From positions 1,011-65,010 of the forward strand of contig JAGOJO010000008.1 in NCBI GenBank assembly GCA_017995075.1: a stretch of 64,000 bases of DNA, read 5' to 3'. The stretch comes from Bacteroidia bacterium. GTDB taxonomy: Bacteria; Bacteroidota; Bacteroidia; AKYH767-A; OLB10. Made by a program: the position numbers and the translations under genes. Every line of letters begins with the position of its first letter. The stretch's first letter is position 1. The notes beneath the pieces are model-generated. The model was not told where the DNA came from. It searched no databases and was given only the letters and a program-made list of their open reading frames with translations. Below, piece by piece: positions 37,004-45,803 of this stretch.

Positions 37004-37783
37004 ATGTCTACCACAAAAACAGCCATCGAATACAAGGAATACGGAAGATTAATAGGTAGCCGCTACAGCTACTTTGAAATTACCACTGCCGGTGTAATCC
37101 ACCCCCCCCTGTTTATTGACCCGATGATCACTGCAAGGGATCTTTCTGCCCTTTATGTAGACAGTATTGCTAACGGCAATGCAGGAATCCGCTTCTACCC
37201 CGGCCTTACGGACGATAACCGGATGGTGTTTATCATGTGCGAAGTGAATGCTGAAGATACCTCCGAGGAAACGAACTATCGAATTTTCGATCGTCAGCTT
37301 TATATCGGAACAGGTACCTCCTTACCCCCGATTGAACCCGGCGCGGGTGCTGCGGAAAACCTGCATATTAATTACCTGTCGAATGTGAAGGTGGAAGGTT
37401 GGACACAACCCCCAATTGGAGGCAGTGATGCGCGTATCCGCAAATCAAGATATTACCAGTGGGAAAATATTCGCGAGTTTATAGAAGAAAATATTCTAGG
37501 TGCCGATATGAATAATCCGGCAACTATGGGTGGACATATAATCAAAATTGAAAATGCATATGTCCCCGATTATTTGATTGATACATTCAACGCCCGCAAC
37601 CCTCAGACGAATCCTGAATACCAACGTGGGTTTACTGCAGTCTTCACCCTGAAAGATCAATTCGGAGTGAAATTAATCGATCCGGATAAGTCCTATGATG
37701 GCAGTGCAGATAAGGTGTATGAAAGGTTAAGTTTGGAGGTCGCTGTAGCTTGCCCGCCAATTTGCGGAAGATTAAACCCATAA
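37004..37783 (+). CDS. Hypothetical cytoplasmic protein (259 aa), no recognisable family
   Basis: A clean ATG start, an ORF with no competing frame, and no signal peptide or TM. I could find no known motif. Confidence 0.55.
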   Translation: MSTTKTAIEYKEYGRLIGSRYSYFEITTAGVIHPPLFIDPMITARDLSALYVDSIANGNAGIRFYPGLTDDNRMVFIMCEVNAEDTSEETNYRIFDRQLYIGTGTSLPPIEPGAGAAENLHINYLSNVKVEGWTQPPIGGSDARIRKSRYYQWENIREFIEENILGADMNNPATMGGHIIKIENAYVPDYLIDTFNARNPQTNPEYQRGFTAVFTLKDQFGVKLIDPDKSYDGSADKVYERLSLEVAVACPPICGRLNP

Positions 37784-37813
37784 GATTAAATACTATATTT
37801 ACCATCGGTAAAT

Positions 37814-38506
37814 ATGGATTTACAATTCTTCGTTGATGTGTTCTTACGAAGGCCATGGCTGCACTCGACTGCTTATGGCTTTTTAATAACCGCTGCATTT
37901 TTTTATAAAAAACTAAATATTTCAGGTCGTTCCTTAGTGCATATTGTTGGAATTTACGGAATTCATACCTTGGTATGTAGTCATTTATCCATTTCAAAGA
38001 TTGAAACAAGCTGGACTTTCAATCTGATTTGCATGCCATTAACATGGATGATTGTCAAGCTTCTTACCGATAATTTATCTGATAAGAAGTTTATAAAATT
38101 ATTTAGGTACATAACGATAATATGTATTAGTGTTCATATTTTAAATATCAGCTTTTTTCAAGGAATCAGATACATCGCAACATACTCGTATTTGACCTTG
38201 CAGGCGGTAAATGCCATAGTCGCATTCTATTATTTAAAAGATCAGATGGATAGTTCGGATCGTCACCCATCCTTAAATGTTCTTAATTGGTTTGCTGCGG
38301 CAACACTTATAGATCACATAACCTCTATTCCAATTACAGCCACATTATCTCAAGATATGATTGGGTTCGCGGATAGAAGATATGCAAGTTTTTTATTTAG
38401 TATTATGTCTTTCGTTTACGGTTGCTGGTACCTGATTATCAGCGCAGGAATTATATGGAACAAAACGGCTCTCAGTTCGCGATTTTTGTCGCGATCATCA
38501 CCGTAG
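37814..38506 (+). CDS. Seven-TM membrane protein (possible sensor module of the downstream kinase)
   Basis: 230 aa with about 7 hydrophobic helices. Its 3' end overlaps the kinase ORF by 52 nt in another frame. Confidence 0.55.
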   Translation: MDLQFFVDVFLRRPWLHSTAYGFLITAAFFYKKLNISGRSLVHIVGIYGIHTLVCSHLSISKIETSWTFNLICMPLTWMIVKLLTDNLSDKKFIKLFRYITIICISVHILNISFFQGIRYIATYSYLTLQAVNAIVAFYYLKDQMDSSDRHPSLNVLNWFAAATLIDHITSIPITATLSQDMIGFADRRYASFLFSIMSFVYGCWYLIISAGIIWNKTALSSRFLSRSSP

Positions 38507-39249
38507 TGCTGTTACTCCTGCTGATGTTATTATTTAACTTATTACTCAGCAGTCGGAACAGGCGGCTTCGGCATCAAAGTGAAGTGCAGCAGATGCAACT
38601 CCATTTCCGGGAGGAGATGAATAGCATTCGTATGGATGTGGCGGAGCAAACCCTGAAGGAGGTGGCGCGTGATTTACATGACGAAGTGGGACAGTTGCTG
38701 ACCTTTAGTATTCTGCAGATCGGTAACCTTCGGAAAACACCGGAAGAAAAGCAGGAGTCGATGATGCTGGAGGTACAGGCGAGTGTGAAGGATGCATTGG
38801 ATTCAGTGCGTAGTATCTCCAGGGGATTGAGTCCCGATATTGTAAATGCGATTGGCCTGAAAGCTTCTATCGAACAGTTAATTGACCGTGCAACGCGCCG
38901 TACCGGATTACCGATACATTTTAACTGGTCGGAAAACTTGAAAATCATTCAGTCTTCTACCAAGGTGGTTACATTTCACATGATTCGTGAATGTCTGACC
39001 AACACGATTCGTCATGCTGAAGCGAAGAATGCCTGGATATCCTTCAAAGAGGATGGGGAGATGATTTCGATGGTGTTCGAAGATGATGGGAAGGGCTTTT
39101 TGGATGACGAAAGCAGGTCAACCTCGATGGGTCTGATCAGTATGAAGCAACGGGCTCAACTGGTCAAAGGGAATTTGGTTATCGCAAGTCGTAACGGTGG
39201 CGGCAGTACGATAACTTTTACTTTCCCGAATAATCAAATGGAATTATAG
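38455..39249 (+). CDS. HisKA_3-type (NarL-class partner) sensor histidine kinase with a single N-terminal TM
   Basis: The track start 38422 is TTG. ATG 38455 gives MEQNGSQFAIFVAIITVVLLLLLMLLFNLLL (one TM). H-box ARDLHDEVGQLL. HATPase_c is seen in ECLTNTIRHA, FEDDGKGF and GGGSTITFTFP. Confidence 0.8.
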   Translation: MEQNGSQFAIFVAIITVVLLLLLMLLFNLLLSSRNRRLRHQSEVQQMQLHFREEMNSIRMDVAEQTLKEVARDLHDEVGQLLTFSILQIGNLRKTPEEKQESMMLEVQASVKDALDSVRSISRGLSPDIVNAIGLKASIEQLIDRATRRTGLPIHFNWSENLKIIQSSTKVVTFHMIRECLTNTIRHAEAKNAWISFKEDGEMISMVFEDDGKGFLDDESRSTSMGLISMKQRAQLVKGNLVIASRNGGGSTITFTFPNNQMEL

Positions 39250-39318
39250 TAAATTCACCGCGTGCATACCGCAAGGATGCAATCCGCATTCATTGTTTAT
39301 TCTAATTGAAGCCTCTCT

Positions 39319-39993
39319 ATGAAAATTAACATCTCCCTTGCCGATGATCACCAACTGGTACGTAAAGGAATTCGTTTACTGCTGGAAAATATTAATGGTT
39401 TTACGGTGCTGTCGGAAGCAGCCAACGGTAAAGAACTGGTTGAACAGATTGAGCTACGCGAACAAAATGGCGATATGCCTGATATTGTGTTAATCGATGT
39501 GAATATGCCGATTATGGATGGCGGAGAGGCGGTGAAAATTTTGCGTGATAAATATGCGGATCTGAAAATTGTTGCCTTGAGCGTGAATGATGAGCTGGAG
39601 ACCATCCGCAATATGATTCGGAAAGGAGCGAATGCCTATCTCTTCAAGGATTCTACACCTGAGATGTTCGAGAAGGTCTTGAAGGAAGTACATGAAAACG
39701 GATTTTACTATAGCGCAGAGGTGGTGAAAAGTCTCACCATGAATGAAAAATCGGCCGAGTCACAACATATGCGTGACCACTACATGCGACTCTTATCTAC
39801 GCTGAGTGCACGCGAAAAGGAGTTCGTGATATTGTGCTGCAGTGAAAAAACCTACAAACAAATCGGCGACGATATGGGCGTGAGTCAGCATACTGTTCAT
39901 GGATACCGCGAAAGCGTTTTCTATAAATTGGAAATTAAAACCCGTACCGGACTCGTAATTTTCGCATTGACTACAGGAATGGTGAAGCTGTAA
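39319..39993 (+). CDS. NarL/LuxR-family response regulator
   Basis: 224 aa. REC is seen in LADDHQLVRKG and DIVLIDVNMPIMDG. The LuxR HTH is seen in LSAREKEFVILCCSEKTYKQIGDDMGVSQHTVHGYRESVFYKL. Confidence 0.9.
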   Translation: MKINISLADDHQLVRKGIRLLLENINGFTVLSEAANGKELVEQIELREQNGDMPDIVLIDVNMPIMDGGEAVKILRDKYADLKIVALSVNDELETIRNMIRKGANAYLFKDSTPEMFEKVLKEVHENGFYYSAEVVKSLTMNEKSAESQHMRDHYMRLLSTLSAREKEFVILCCSEKTYKQIGDDMGVSQHTVHGYRESVFYKLEIKTRTGLVIFALTTGMVKL

Positions 39994-40082
39994 AGTCAGT
40001 TTATCGCCCAACCTTTTGTATTCTTACTGACCATTTATCAGCCAAATTAGCCGGTTTCTACGAAGAGGATTGGTTCTTTCGC

Positions 40083-40090
40083 TATTTTTG
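40083..40090 (+). promoter_or_regulatory. Candidate -7 promoter box (TAnnTTTG) for gltX
   Basis: tatttttg is an exact match, 45 nt upstream of ATG 40136. Confidence 0.3.
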
Positions 40091-40135
40091 TAGCGGACAG
40101 ATCCTATCTCTCGTCTATGAAATTCCCCCTGAAAA

Positions 40136-41665
40136 ATGTCAGTTCGTACCCGTTTCGCCCCTTCTCCTACCGGACCCCTTCACATGGGAGGTGTTCGTAC
40201 CGCCTTATATGCTTATCTATTTGCAAAGCAACAAAATGGTCAGTTCCTTCTTCGGATTGAAGATACCGATCAGAACCGCTATGTGCCGGGTGCGGAAGAA
40301 TATATCATTGAAGCCCTGCGCTGGTGTGGAATAATTCCGGATGAAGGCGTTGGCTTTGGTGGACCTCATACTCCTTATCGCCAGAGTGAACGAAAAGAAA
40401 AGGGTTTTTATATTCAATACGCCACTCAGTTGCTTGAACAGGGGAATGCGTATTATGCTTTTGATCGCCCGGAAGATCTCGACCTGGCCCGGAAAAATGC
40501 AGAGGAGAACGGAGTGCAGGGGTGGCAATATGATGCACAAACCCGCATGGGAATGCGCAACTCACTTACATTGCCTTCGCAGGAAGTTCAACACCTGCTG
40601 GACCAGGGTACGCCCTATGTGATTCGCCTGAAAGTTATTCCCGGAAACACACTAACGTTTACGGATATGATAAGAGGCGAGGTTAGCTTCGACAGTTCTC
40701 TTGTTGATGATAAAGTATTGATTAAAGCAGATGGTATGCCGACGTATCACCTTGCGCATATCGTTGATGATATTATGATGGGAATCACCCACGCTATCCG
40801 TGGAGAAGAATGGTTACCCTCTGCACCAGCACATATTCTTATTTATCAATATCTCGGTACTCCGATGCCGTTATACGCCCATCTCCCTTTATTGCTGAAG
40901 CCGGAGGGAAATGGTAAGCTCAGTAAACGTGATGGAGATCGTCTTGGATTTCCTGTTTTCCCTTTGCAATGGAAAGATCCTGCCAGCGGAGAAATCTCTT
41001 CCGGTTACAGAGAGAAAGGTTATTACCCGGAGGCTTTCGTGAATATGCTTGCTTTCCTTGGATGGAATCCGGGTACTGAGCAGGAAATATTTACAATGGA
41101 AGAATTGATTCAGGCTTTTTCTTTCGAACGGGTGCAAAAGGCAGGTGCTCGTTTCGACCCTGATAAAGCAAAGTGGTTTAATGAACAACAACTGCGCGCG
41201 CAGAAGGATGAAGAACTGGGCGCAAGGTTTGCCGTCGTATTGAAGGAAAAAATCGGCGCAGACCATCCTTCAGCGTCTCCCGCATTCGCTACGGGTGCAG
41301 TAAAATTGCTCAAGGATCGTGTGCAGTTTGAACATGATTTTTATGAGACCGGGAAATACCTCTTTGAAGCGCCGGAGTCGTACGATGAAAAAGTTATCGC
41401 CAAGCGTTGGAATGACAAGGCAAAGACCTTTTTCCTGGCATTGCCTGATCAGCTTTCAGGTGTCGCCGGCTACACTGCTGAAGAGACAAAATCTGCCTTT
41501 GAACAACTGGCAATAAGTCTGGGACTCAAGCCCGGAGATGTACTGCAGTTGTTCCGGGTAATTGTAAGCGGACACGGAAGTGGTATCGATCTCTTCGGTA
41601 TGGTGGAGTTGCTGGGTAAACAAGAGGTCAACTCCCGCATTCAACGGGCTCTGGATCGATTGTAA
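40136..41665 (+). CDS. gltX: Glutamate--tRNA ligase
   Basis: 509 aa. The class I signature is RFAPSPTGPLHMGGVRTALY (HIGH-type). The KMSKS-type loop is GKLSKRDG. Confidence 0.9.
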   Translation: MSVRTRFAPSPTGPLHMGGVRTALYAYLFAKQQNGQFLLRIEDTDQNRYVPGAEEYIIEALRWCGIIPDEGVGFGGPHTPYRQSERKEKGFYIQYATQLLEQGNAYYAFDRPEDLDLARKNAEENGVQGWQYDAQTRMGMRNSLTLPSQEVQHLLDQGTPYVIRLKVIPGNTLTFTDMIRGEVSFDSSLVDDKVLIKADGMPTYHLAHIVDDIMMGITHAIRGEEWLPSAPAHILIYQYLGTPMPLYAHLPLLLKPEGNGKLSKRDGDRLGFPVFPLQWKDPASGEISSGYREKGYYPEAFVNMLAFLGWNPGTEQEIFTMEELIQAFSFERVQKAGARFDPDKAKWFNEQQLRAQKDEELGARFAVVLKEKIGADHPSASPAFATGAVKLLKDRVQFEHDFYETGKYLFEAPESYDEKVIAKRWNDKAKTFFLALPDQLSGVAGYTAEETKSAFEQLAISLGLKPGDVLQLFRVIVSGHGSGIDLFGMVELLGKQEVNSRIQRALDRL

Positions 41666-41769
41666 GAAGATTTTTAAAACAATACCTCGGAGCTTCACTG
41701 CTTTCTCCGCTTCAACAGGAAAGCATAACAAATCGTAACCCTCAGCGCCAATCTGCGGCCAATTCCCAT

Positions 41770-41777
41770 TATCTTTG
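41770..41777 (+). promoter_or_regulatory. Candidate -7 promoter box (TAnnTTTG) abutting the glnS start codon
   Basis: tatctttg is an exact match and ends 4 nt before ATG 41782. Confidence 0.35.
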
Positions 41778-41781
41778 CAGT

Positions 41782-43449
41782 ATGTCAGTAGAAAAAGGCC
41801 CCAATTTCCTCGAAGAGATTATATCTGAGGATGTAAAAAACGGTAAACATGGTGGACGGGTATTAACCCGATTCCCGCCGGAACCGAATGGTTATCTGCA
41901 TATCGGTCATAGTAAATCGATATGTGTGAACTTTGGATTGGCACAGCAGTTTGGTGGTAAAACCAATTTACGTTTCGACGATACAAATCCGGAGAAGGAA
42001 GAGACGGAGTATGTGGATAGTATCAAGGCTGATATCAAGTGGCTTGGATTTGAGTGGGCCAATGAGTTATATGCTTCCGACTATTTCCCACAACTGTATG
42101 CGTTTGCTCAATCGTTGATTCGTAAAGGATTGGCATATGTAGACGACAGCAGCGCAGAGGAAATTGCCGCCATGAAGGGAACACCGACAGAACCGGGAAA
42201 GGAAAGTCCATTCCGTAGTCGTACCGTGGATGAAAACATGGAGCTGTTTGAACGGATGCGTAAAGGAGAGTTTCGTGACGGGGAGAAAGTACTGAGAGCG
42301 AAAATTGATATGACTTCGCCCAATATGCATTTCCGCGATCCGATTATTTACCGGATTAAACATACGGCGCATCATCGTACCGGCAACGAATGGTGTATCT
42401 ATCCCATGTATGATTTTGCACATGGACAAAGTGATGCTATTGAAAATATAACGCACTCGATCTGCACACTTGAATTCGAAGTACATCGTCCCTTATACGA
42501 ATGGTTCATACAGCAACTCGAACTCTTCCCGAGTCATCAGTATGAGTTTGCACGACTCAACCTGAATTATACGGTGATGAGTAAACGTAAACTTTTACAA
42601 CTCGTCAAAGAGGGACATGTGAGTGGATGGGATGATCCACGGATGCCAACCATCAGCGCTTTGCGTCGCCGAGGTTTCACGCCGGAGAGTATTCGCAATT
42701 TTGCAGAACGGGTTGGTGTAGCCAGAAGAGAAAATATTATTGACGTAGGATTTCTGGAATTCTGTGTAAGGGAAGATCTGAATAAACGCGCTACACGGGT
42801 GATGGCGGTACTGGATCCGGTGAAACTCGTTATTGAAAACTATCCGGAAGGTCAGACAGAAATGCTGACAACAGAAAACAATACCGAAGCAGAAGATGCG
42901 GGTACCCGTGAAATTCCGTTCAGCCGTGAATTATTTATTGAGCGTGAAGATTTCATGGAAGAACCACCAAAGAAATTTTTCAGACTTGGTCCGGGGAAAC
43001 TCGTACGATTGAAAAGTGCGTTTATTGTAGAATGTACCGGATTTGAGAAAGATGCAAGCGGTGAAATTTCGGTAATCCATTGCCGTTACTATCCTGAAAG
43101 TAAAAGCGGACAGGATACAAGTGGATTATCGCCAAAGGGTGTTATTCATTGGGTGAGCGCTCCTCATGCGGTCAAGGCAGAAGTGCGTTTATACGACCGC
43201 CTTTTCAAGGTGGAAGACCCATCATCCGAAGAAGGTGATTTCAAAGAGTATATTAACCCCGACAGTCTGCATATCACAACCAATGCCATGGTAGAACCAT
43301 CACTAAAGGATGCGAAGCCCGGACACTTCTTTCAGTTTATGCGCAAAGGATATTTCGTTCCTGACCCTGACGGAACCTCAGAAAATCCGGTGTTTAACAG
43401 AACCGTTGGACTAAAGGACAGTTTCACAAAGGCTGCTCCATCATCATAG
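41782..43449 (+). CDS. glnS: Glutamine--tRNA ligase
   Basis: 555 aa. Recognised from RFPPEPNGYLHIGHSKSI, TNLRFDDTNP and the VMSKRKL loop. The length and C-terminal anticodon-binding beta-barrel region are typical of GlnRS. Confidence 0.9.
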   Translation: MSVEKGPNFLEEIISEDVKNGKHGGRVLTRFPPEPNGYLHIGHSKSICVNFGLAQQFGGKTNLRFDDTNPEKEETEYVDSIKADIKWLGFEWANELYASDYFPQLYAFAQSLIRKGLAYVDDSSAEEIAAMKGTPTEPGKESPFRSRTVDENMELFERMRKGEFRDGEKVLRAKIDMTSPNMHFRDPIIYRIKHTAHHRTGNEWCIYPMYDFAHGQSDAIENITHSICTLEFEVHRPLYEWFIQQLELFPSHQYEFARLNLNYTVMSKRKLLQLVKEGHVSGWDDPRMPTISALRRRGFTPESIRNFAERVGVARRENIIDVGFLEFCVREDLNKRATRVMAVLDPVKLVIENYPEGQTEMLTTENNTEAEDAGTREIPFSRELFIEREDFMEEPPKKFFRLGPGKLVRLKSAFIVECTGFEKDASGEISVIHCRYYPESKSGQDTSGLSPKGVIHWVSAPHAVKAEVRLYDRLFKVEDPSSEEGDFKEYINPDSLHITTNAMVEPSLKDAKPGHFFQFMRKGYFVPDPDGTSENPVFNRTVGLKDSFTKAAPSS

Positions 43450-43452
43450 AAG

Positions 43453-43497
43453 AACCCTTTCGTGCTGTTGAGTAATCGGACAACACGAAAGGGTTTT
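43453..43497 (+). terminator. Strong intrinsic terminator after glnS
   Basis: A 12-bp perfect stem, aaccctttcgtg (43453-43464) / cacgaaagggtt (43484-43495), followed by a T-run (43494-43497). Confidence 0.8.
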
Positions 43498-43525
43498 GGC
43501 ATAAAGATTGCTTCTTTCAGCGCCC

Positions 43526-44581
43526 ATGCTTCACCGAATCCACCGTTTATTTTTATGTGTGCTTTTTATTTTTTCGTGTACACGAGCAGATGCCCAATAC
43601 GATGACACTTTGAACTATTATACCTGGGGAGCCTATTACTATGAGCCGGTAGAAGAGGTACAAATGGTGGAGATCGTTTTTGGCGTTGCAGATTTCAGAC
43701 AGGAGATGGAGCGTCATCGAAGGAACACATTTTTTGAAATGCCTGATCCTAATCCTGTAGCCTATCTCTTCAGGGATATGAAGGGAAATATTTTAAGAAG
43801 CTATAATTTATTCGGGTATGATGTAAAGGACTTTGAACTGAAAGCCCCGGGGACGATTCCAGCCAAAGAATTGCGGAAACATAATTCGGAAAGGTATCTC
43901 TGGATCAACAATTGTTTCCGTTCGAAGAAGCCTTTAGGCAGAAGTATGTGGGTGTTTCGATATGCCGATGTTGATCAGAGCAATCAAACATTTGGACTCA
44001 TAGACCAACAAGGACGTCCCATAGTTTTTCCGCAATACACGAATATTATCTCTGTATGGGAAAGGACAATTTCAGGAGTAAAAAAAGGTGATCGGTGGGG
44101 TGGAATTGACATGTATGGTAATGAAATTGTGGACTTCAAATATGATACTGCAAGTGTTTCAAGTATAGGTAAAGGTGTTTTGATGATGACCCGCAACAAC
44201 AAGGTGGATTATTATGATCATACAGGAACCAAACTCAATGCAAAGCCTTATGATTTTGGAGAAACTTTCTGGAGCAGAAGAGCCCGGGTGCAACGAAATG
44301 GTAAGTATGGATTCATCGATAGTACCGGTGCGGAAGTTGTGCCGCTTATTTATGATTATGCGGAAACATTTTATTATAATGTAGCTATCGTAAAGCTGAA
44401 CGGAAAATTCGGGCTGGTTGATAATATGGGAGCATTGCACACTGAATTAATCTATGATCAGATCACCGATATTTATGATGAAGAAAAAATGGTAACAGTT
44501 GGATATAGGGCTCGCATAGGAGAGAACTGGTATCTTTACAACCGGGATGGGAAGCCGATGGAATCTACATTGGAGAAATAA
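43526..44581 (+). CDS. Secreted WG-repeat (KWG-type) protein
   Basis: The track start is TTG. ATG 43526 gives the signal peptide MLHRIHRLFLCVLFIFSCTRADAQ. Repeated units include GKYGFIDSTGAEVVPLIYDYAE, GKFGLVDNMGALHTELIYDQI and DRWGGIDMYGNEIVDFKYD. Confidence 0.6.
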   Translation: MLHRIHRLFLCVLFIFSCTRADAQYDDTLNYYTWGAYYYEPVEEVQMVEIVFGVADFRQEMERHRRNTFFEMPDPNPVAYLFRDMKGNILRSYNLFGYDVKDFELKAPGTIPAKELRKHNSERYLWINNCFRSKKPLGRSMWVFRYADVDQSNQTFGLIDQQGRPIVFPQYTNIISVWERTISGVKKGDRWGGIDMYGNEIVDFKYDTASVSSIGKGVLMMTRNNKVDYYDHTGTKLNAKPYDFGETFWSRRARVQRNGKYGFIDSTGAEVVPLIYDYAETFYYNVAIVKLNGKFGLVDNMGALHTELIYDQITDIYDEEKMVTVGYRARIGENWYLYNRDGKPMESTLEK

Positions 44582-44744
44582 TCGCTATTTAGAAACAGAG
44601 AGTCAATACAGTTTCAGGAATACATATTGTCAAATATACGTTCTGTTATATTACATTCATGCAGATTTAAATCAGGGTCTTCATCACGTGATTAAACACA
44701 GGAATTATACTTCAAATAATAAACCCCAGCAAGCATCTTACTTT

Positions 44745-45257
44745 ATGTTACGAATAGTAATTCTCTTCCTTCTCACATTCCTTTTTTATTCATCGAATGC
44801 ACAAGAACGTATACCATCTAACTATAAACTTCCCAATGAAGAAATAGTAATGGCGATTCAGATGAATGATGGAAAAATAATGACACTGTGTAAGGACACA
44901 GCAGAGAATTACCTTCTTTACCGGTTTGGAACACCACAGCGGGTTGAACTGGAGTATCCATCCAAAGAAAAGTCCAGCTGGGAACGATTCACCTACTCTT
45001 TTTATTTACGTGGAGGAGGTGCCGAAAATGCCGGGCTCGACCTCAATTACGTTTATTTTGAACGGGAAGGATACCGATATATCATATACGATACTTACGA
45101 CGCCACCGAAAATCAATCAGAGCAAGGAATAAAGGTCGAAAATTTGAAAACAGGTGAAATAAAAGTGCTTTCAGGTAAAAAGATGAAAATTGGTTCATCT
45201 TTAATTGATTTCCGCGACAATACATTAATACAAAAATCTGATAAAACGTTTGATTAA
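44745..45257 (+). CDS. Secreted hypothetical protein
   Basis: The track ORF begins far upstream inside the previous gene. ATG 44745 gives the signal peptide MLRIVILFLLTFLFYSSNAQE. No family motif recognised. Confidence 0.5.
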   Translation: MLRIVILFLLTFLFYSSNAQERIPSNYKLPNEEIVMAIQMNDGKIMTLCKDTAENYLLYRFGTPQRVELEYPSKEKSSWERFTYSFYLRGGGAENAGLDLNYVYFEREGYRYIIYDTYDATENQSEQGIKVENLKTGEIKVLSGKKMKIGSSLIDFRDNTLIQKSDKTFD

Positions 45258-45304
45258 TCGGATATTTTTCTACTTTAGTTCTCCCAACCTATATCCAGTT
45301 TACT

Positions 45305-45718
45305 ATGAATTCAGTCCTAAGAAACATTCTTGCCGTAATTGCCGGTGCAATTGTGGGAGGTGTCGTTAACGGTTTTATCATTGGTATCAGTGGTAAAATT
45401 ATTCCACCACCTGCCGGAGCTGATTTAACCACCATGGAAGGCCTGAAAGCCTCTATGCATTTATTCACTCCGATTAATTTTCTGATGCCATGGCTCGCTC
45501 ATGCAATTGGTACTTTTGTTGGTGCCATCATTGCCGCGCTAATAGCTGTTGGAAATAAAATGCGTGCAGCAATGATAGTTTCTGTCTTGTTTTTAATTGG
45601 CGGAATTATCAATGTATATATGTTGCCGGCGCCAATGTGGTTCAATGCAACCGACCTCTTGCTTGCGTATCTTCCTATGGGGTATCTCGGAGGGAAATTA
45701 ATGGCAGGCAGGAAATAA
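45305..45718 (+). CDS. Small 4-TM membrane protein, function unknown
   Basis: 137 aa with Gly/Ala/Ile-rich helices. Confidence 0.5.
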   Translation: MNSVLRNILAVIAGAIVGGVVNGFIIGISGKIIPPPAGADLTTMEGLKASMHLFTPINFLMPWLAHAIGTFVGAIIAALIAVGNKMRAAMIVSVLFLIGGIINVYMLPAPMWFNATDLLLAYLPMGYLGGKLMAGRK

Positions 45719-45803
45719 CCCGCCCAATCAGTTTTATTTCATCTGTTTAAATCTGCTGTAACACAGCGGGGTTGTTCTTATGTCGTACTGAAAGGGGAAA
45801 CTG

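Noticed and set aside
36838-37035. 65-aa minus-strand ORF spanning the C/G-run island
   Set aside because: Its sequence (..CPPSLSPPDPPNYSP..GCGG..FFGGT) is simply the translation of the homopolymer runs, and it overlaps the ATG of 37004..37783. I keep it in mind only because the hairpin at 36681-36711 could terminate a minus-strand transcript.
38422-38454. Track start (TTG 38422) of the HisKA_3 kinase
   Set aside because: It adds 11 residues before the TM helix and lengthens the out-of-frame overlap with the upstream gene. ATG 38455 gives a conventional N-terminus.
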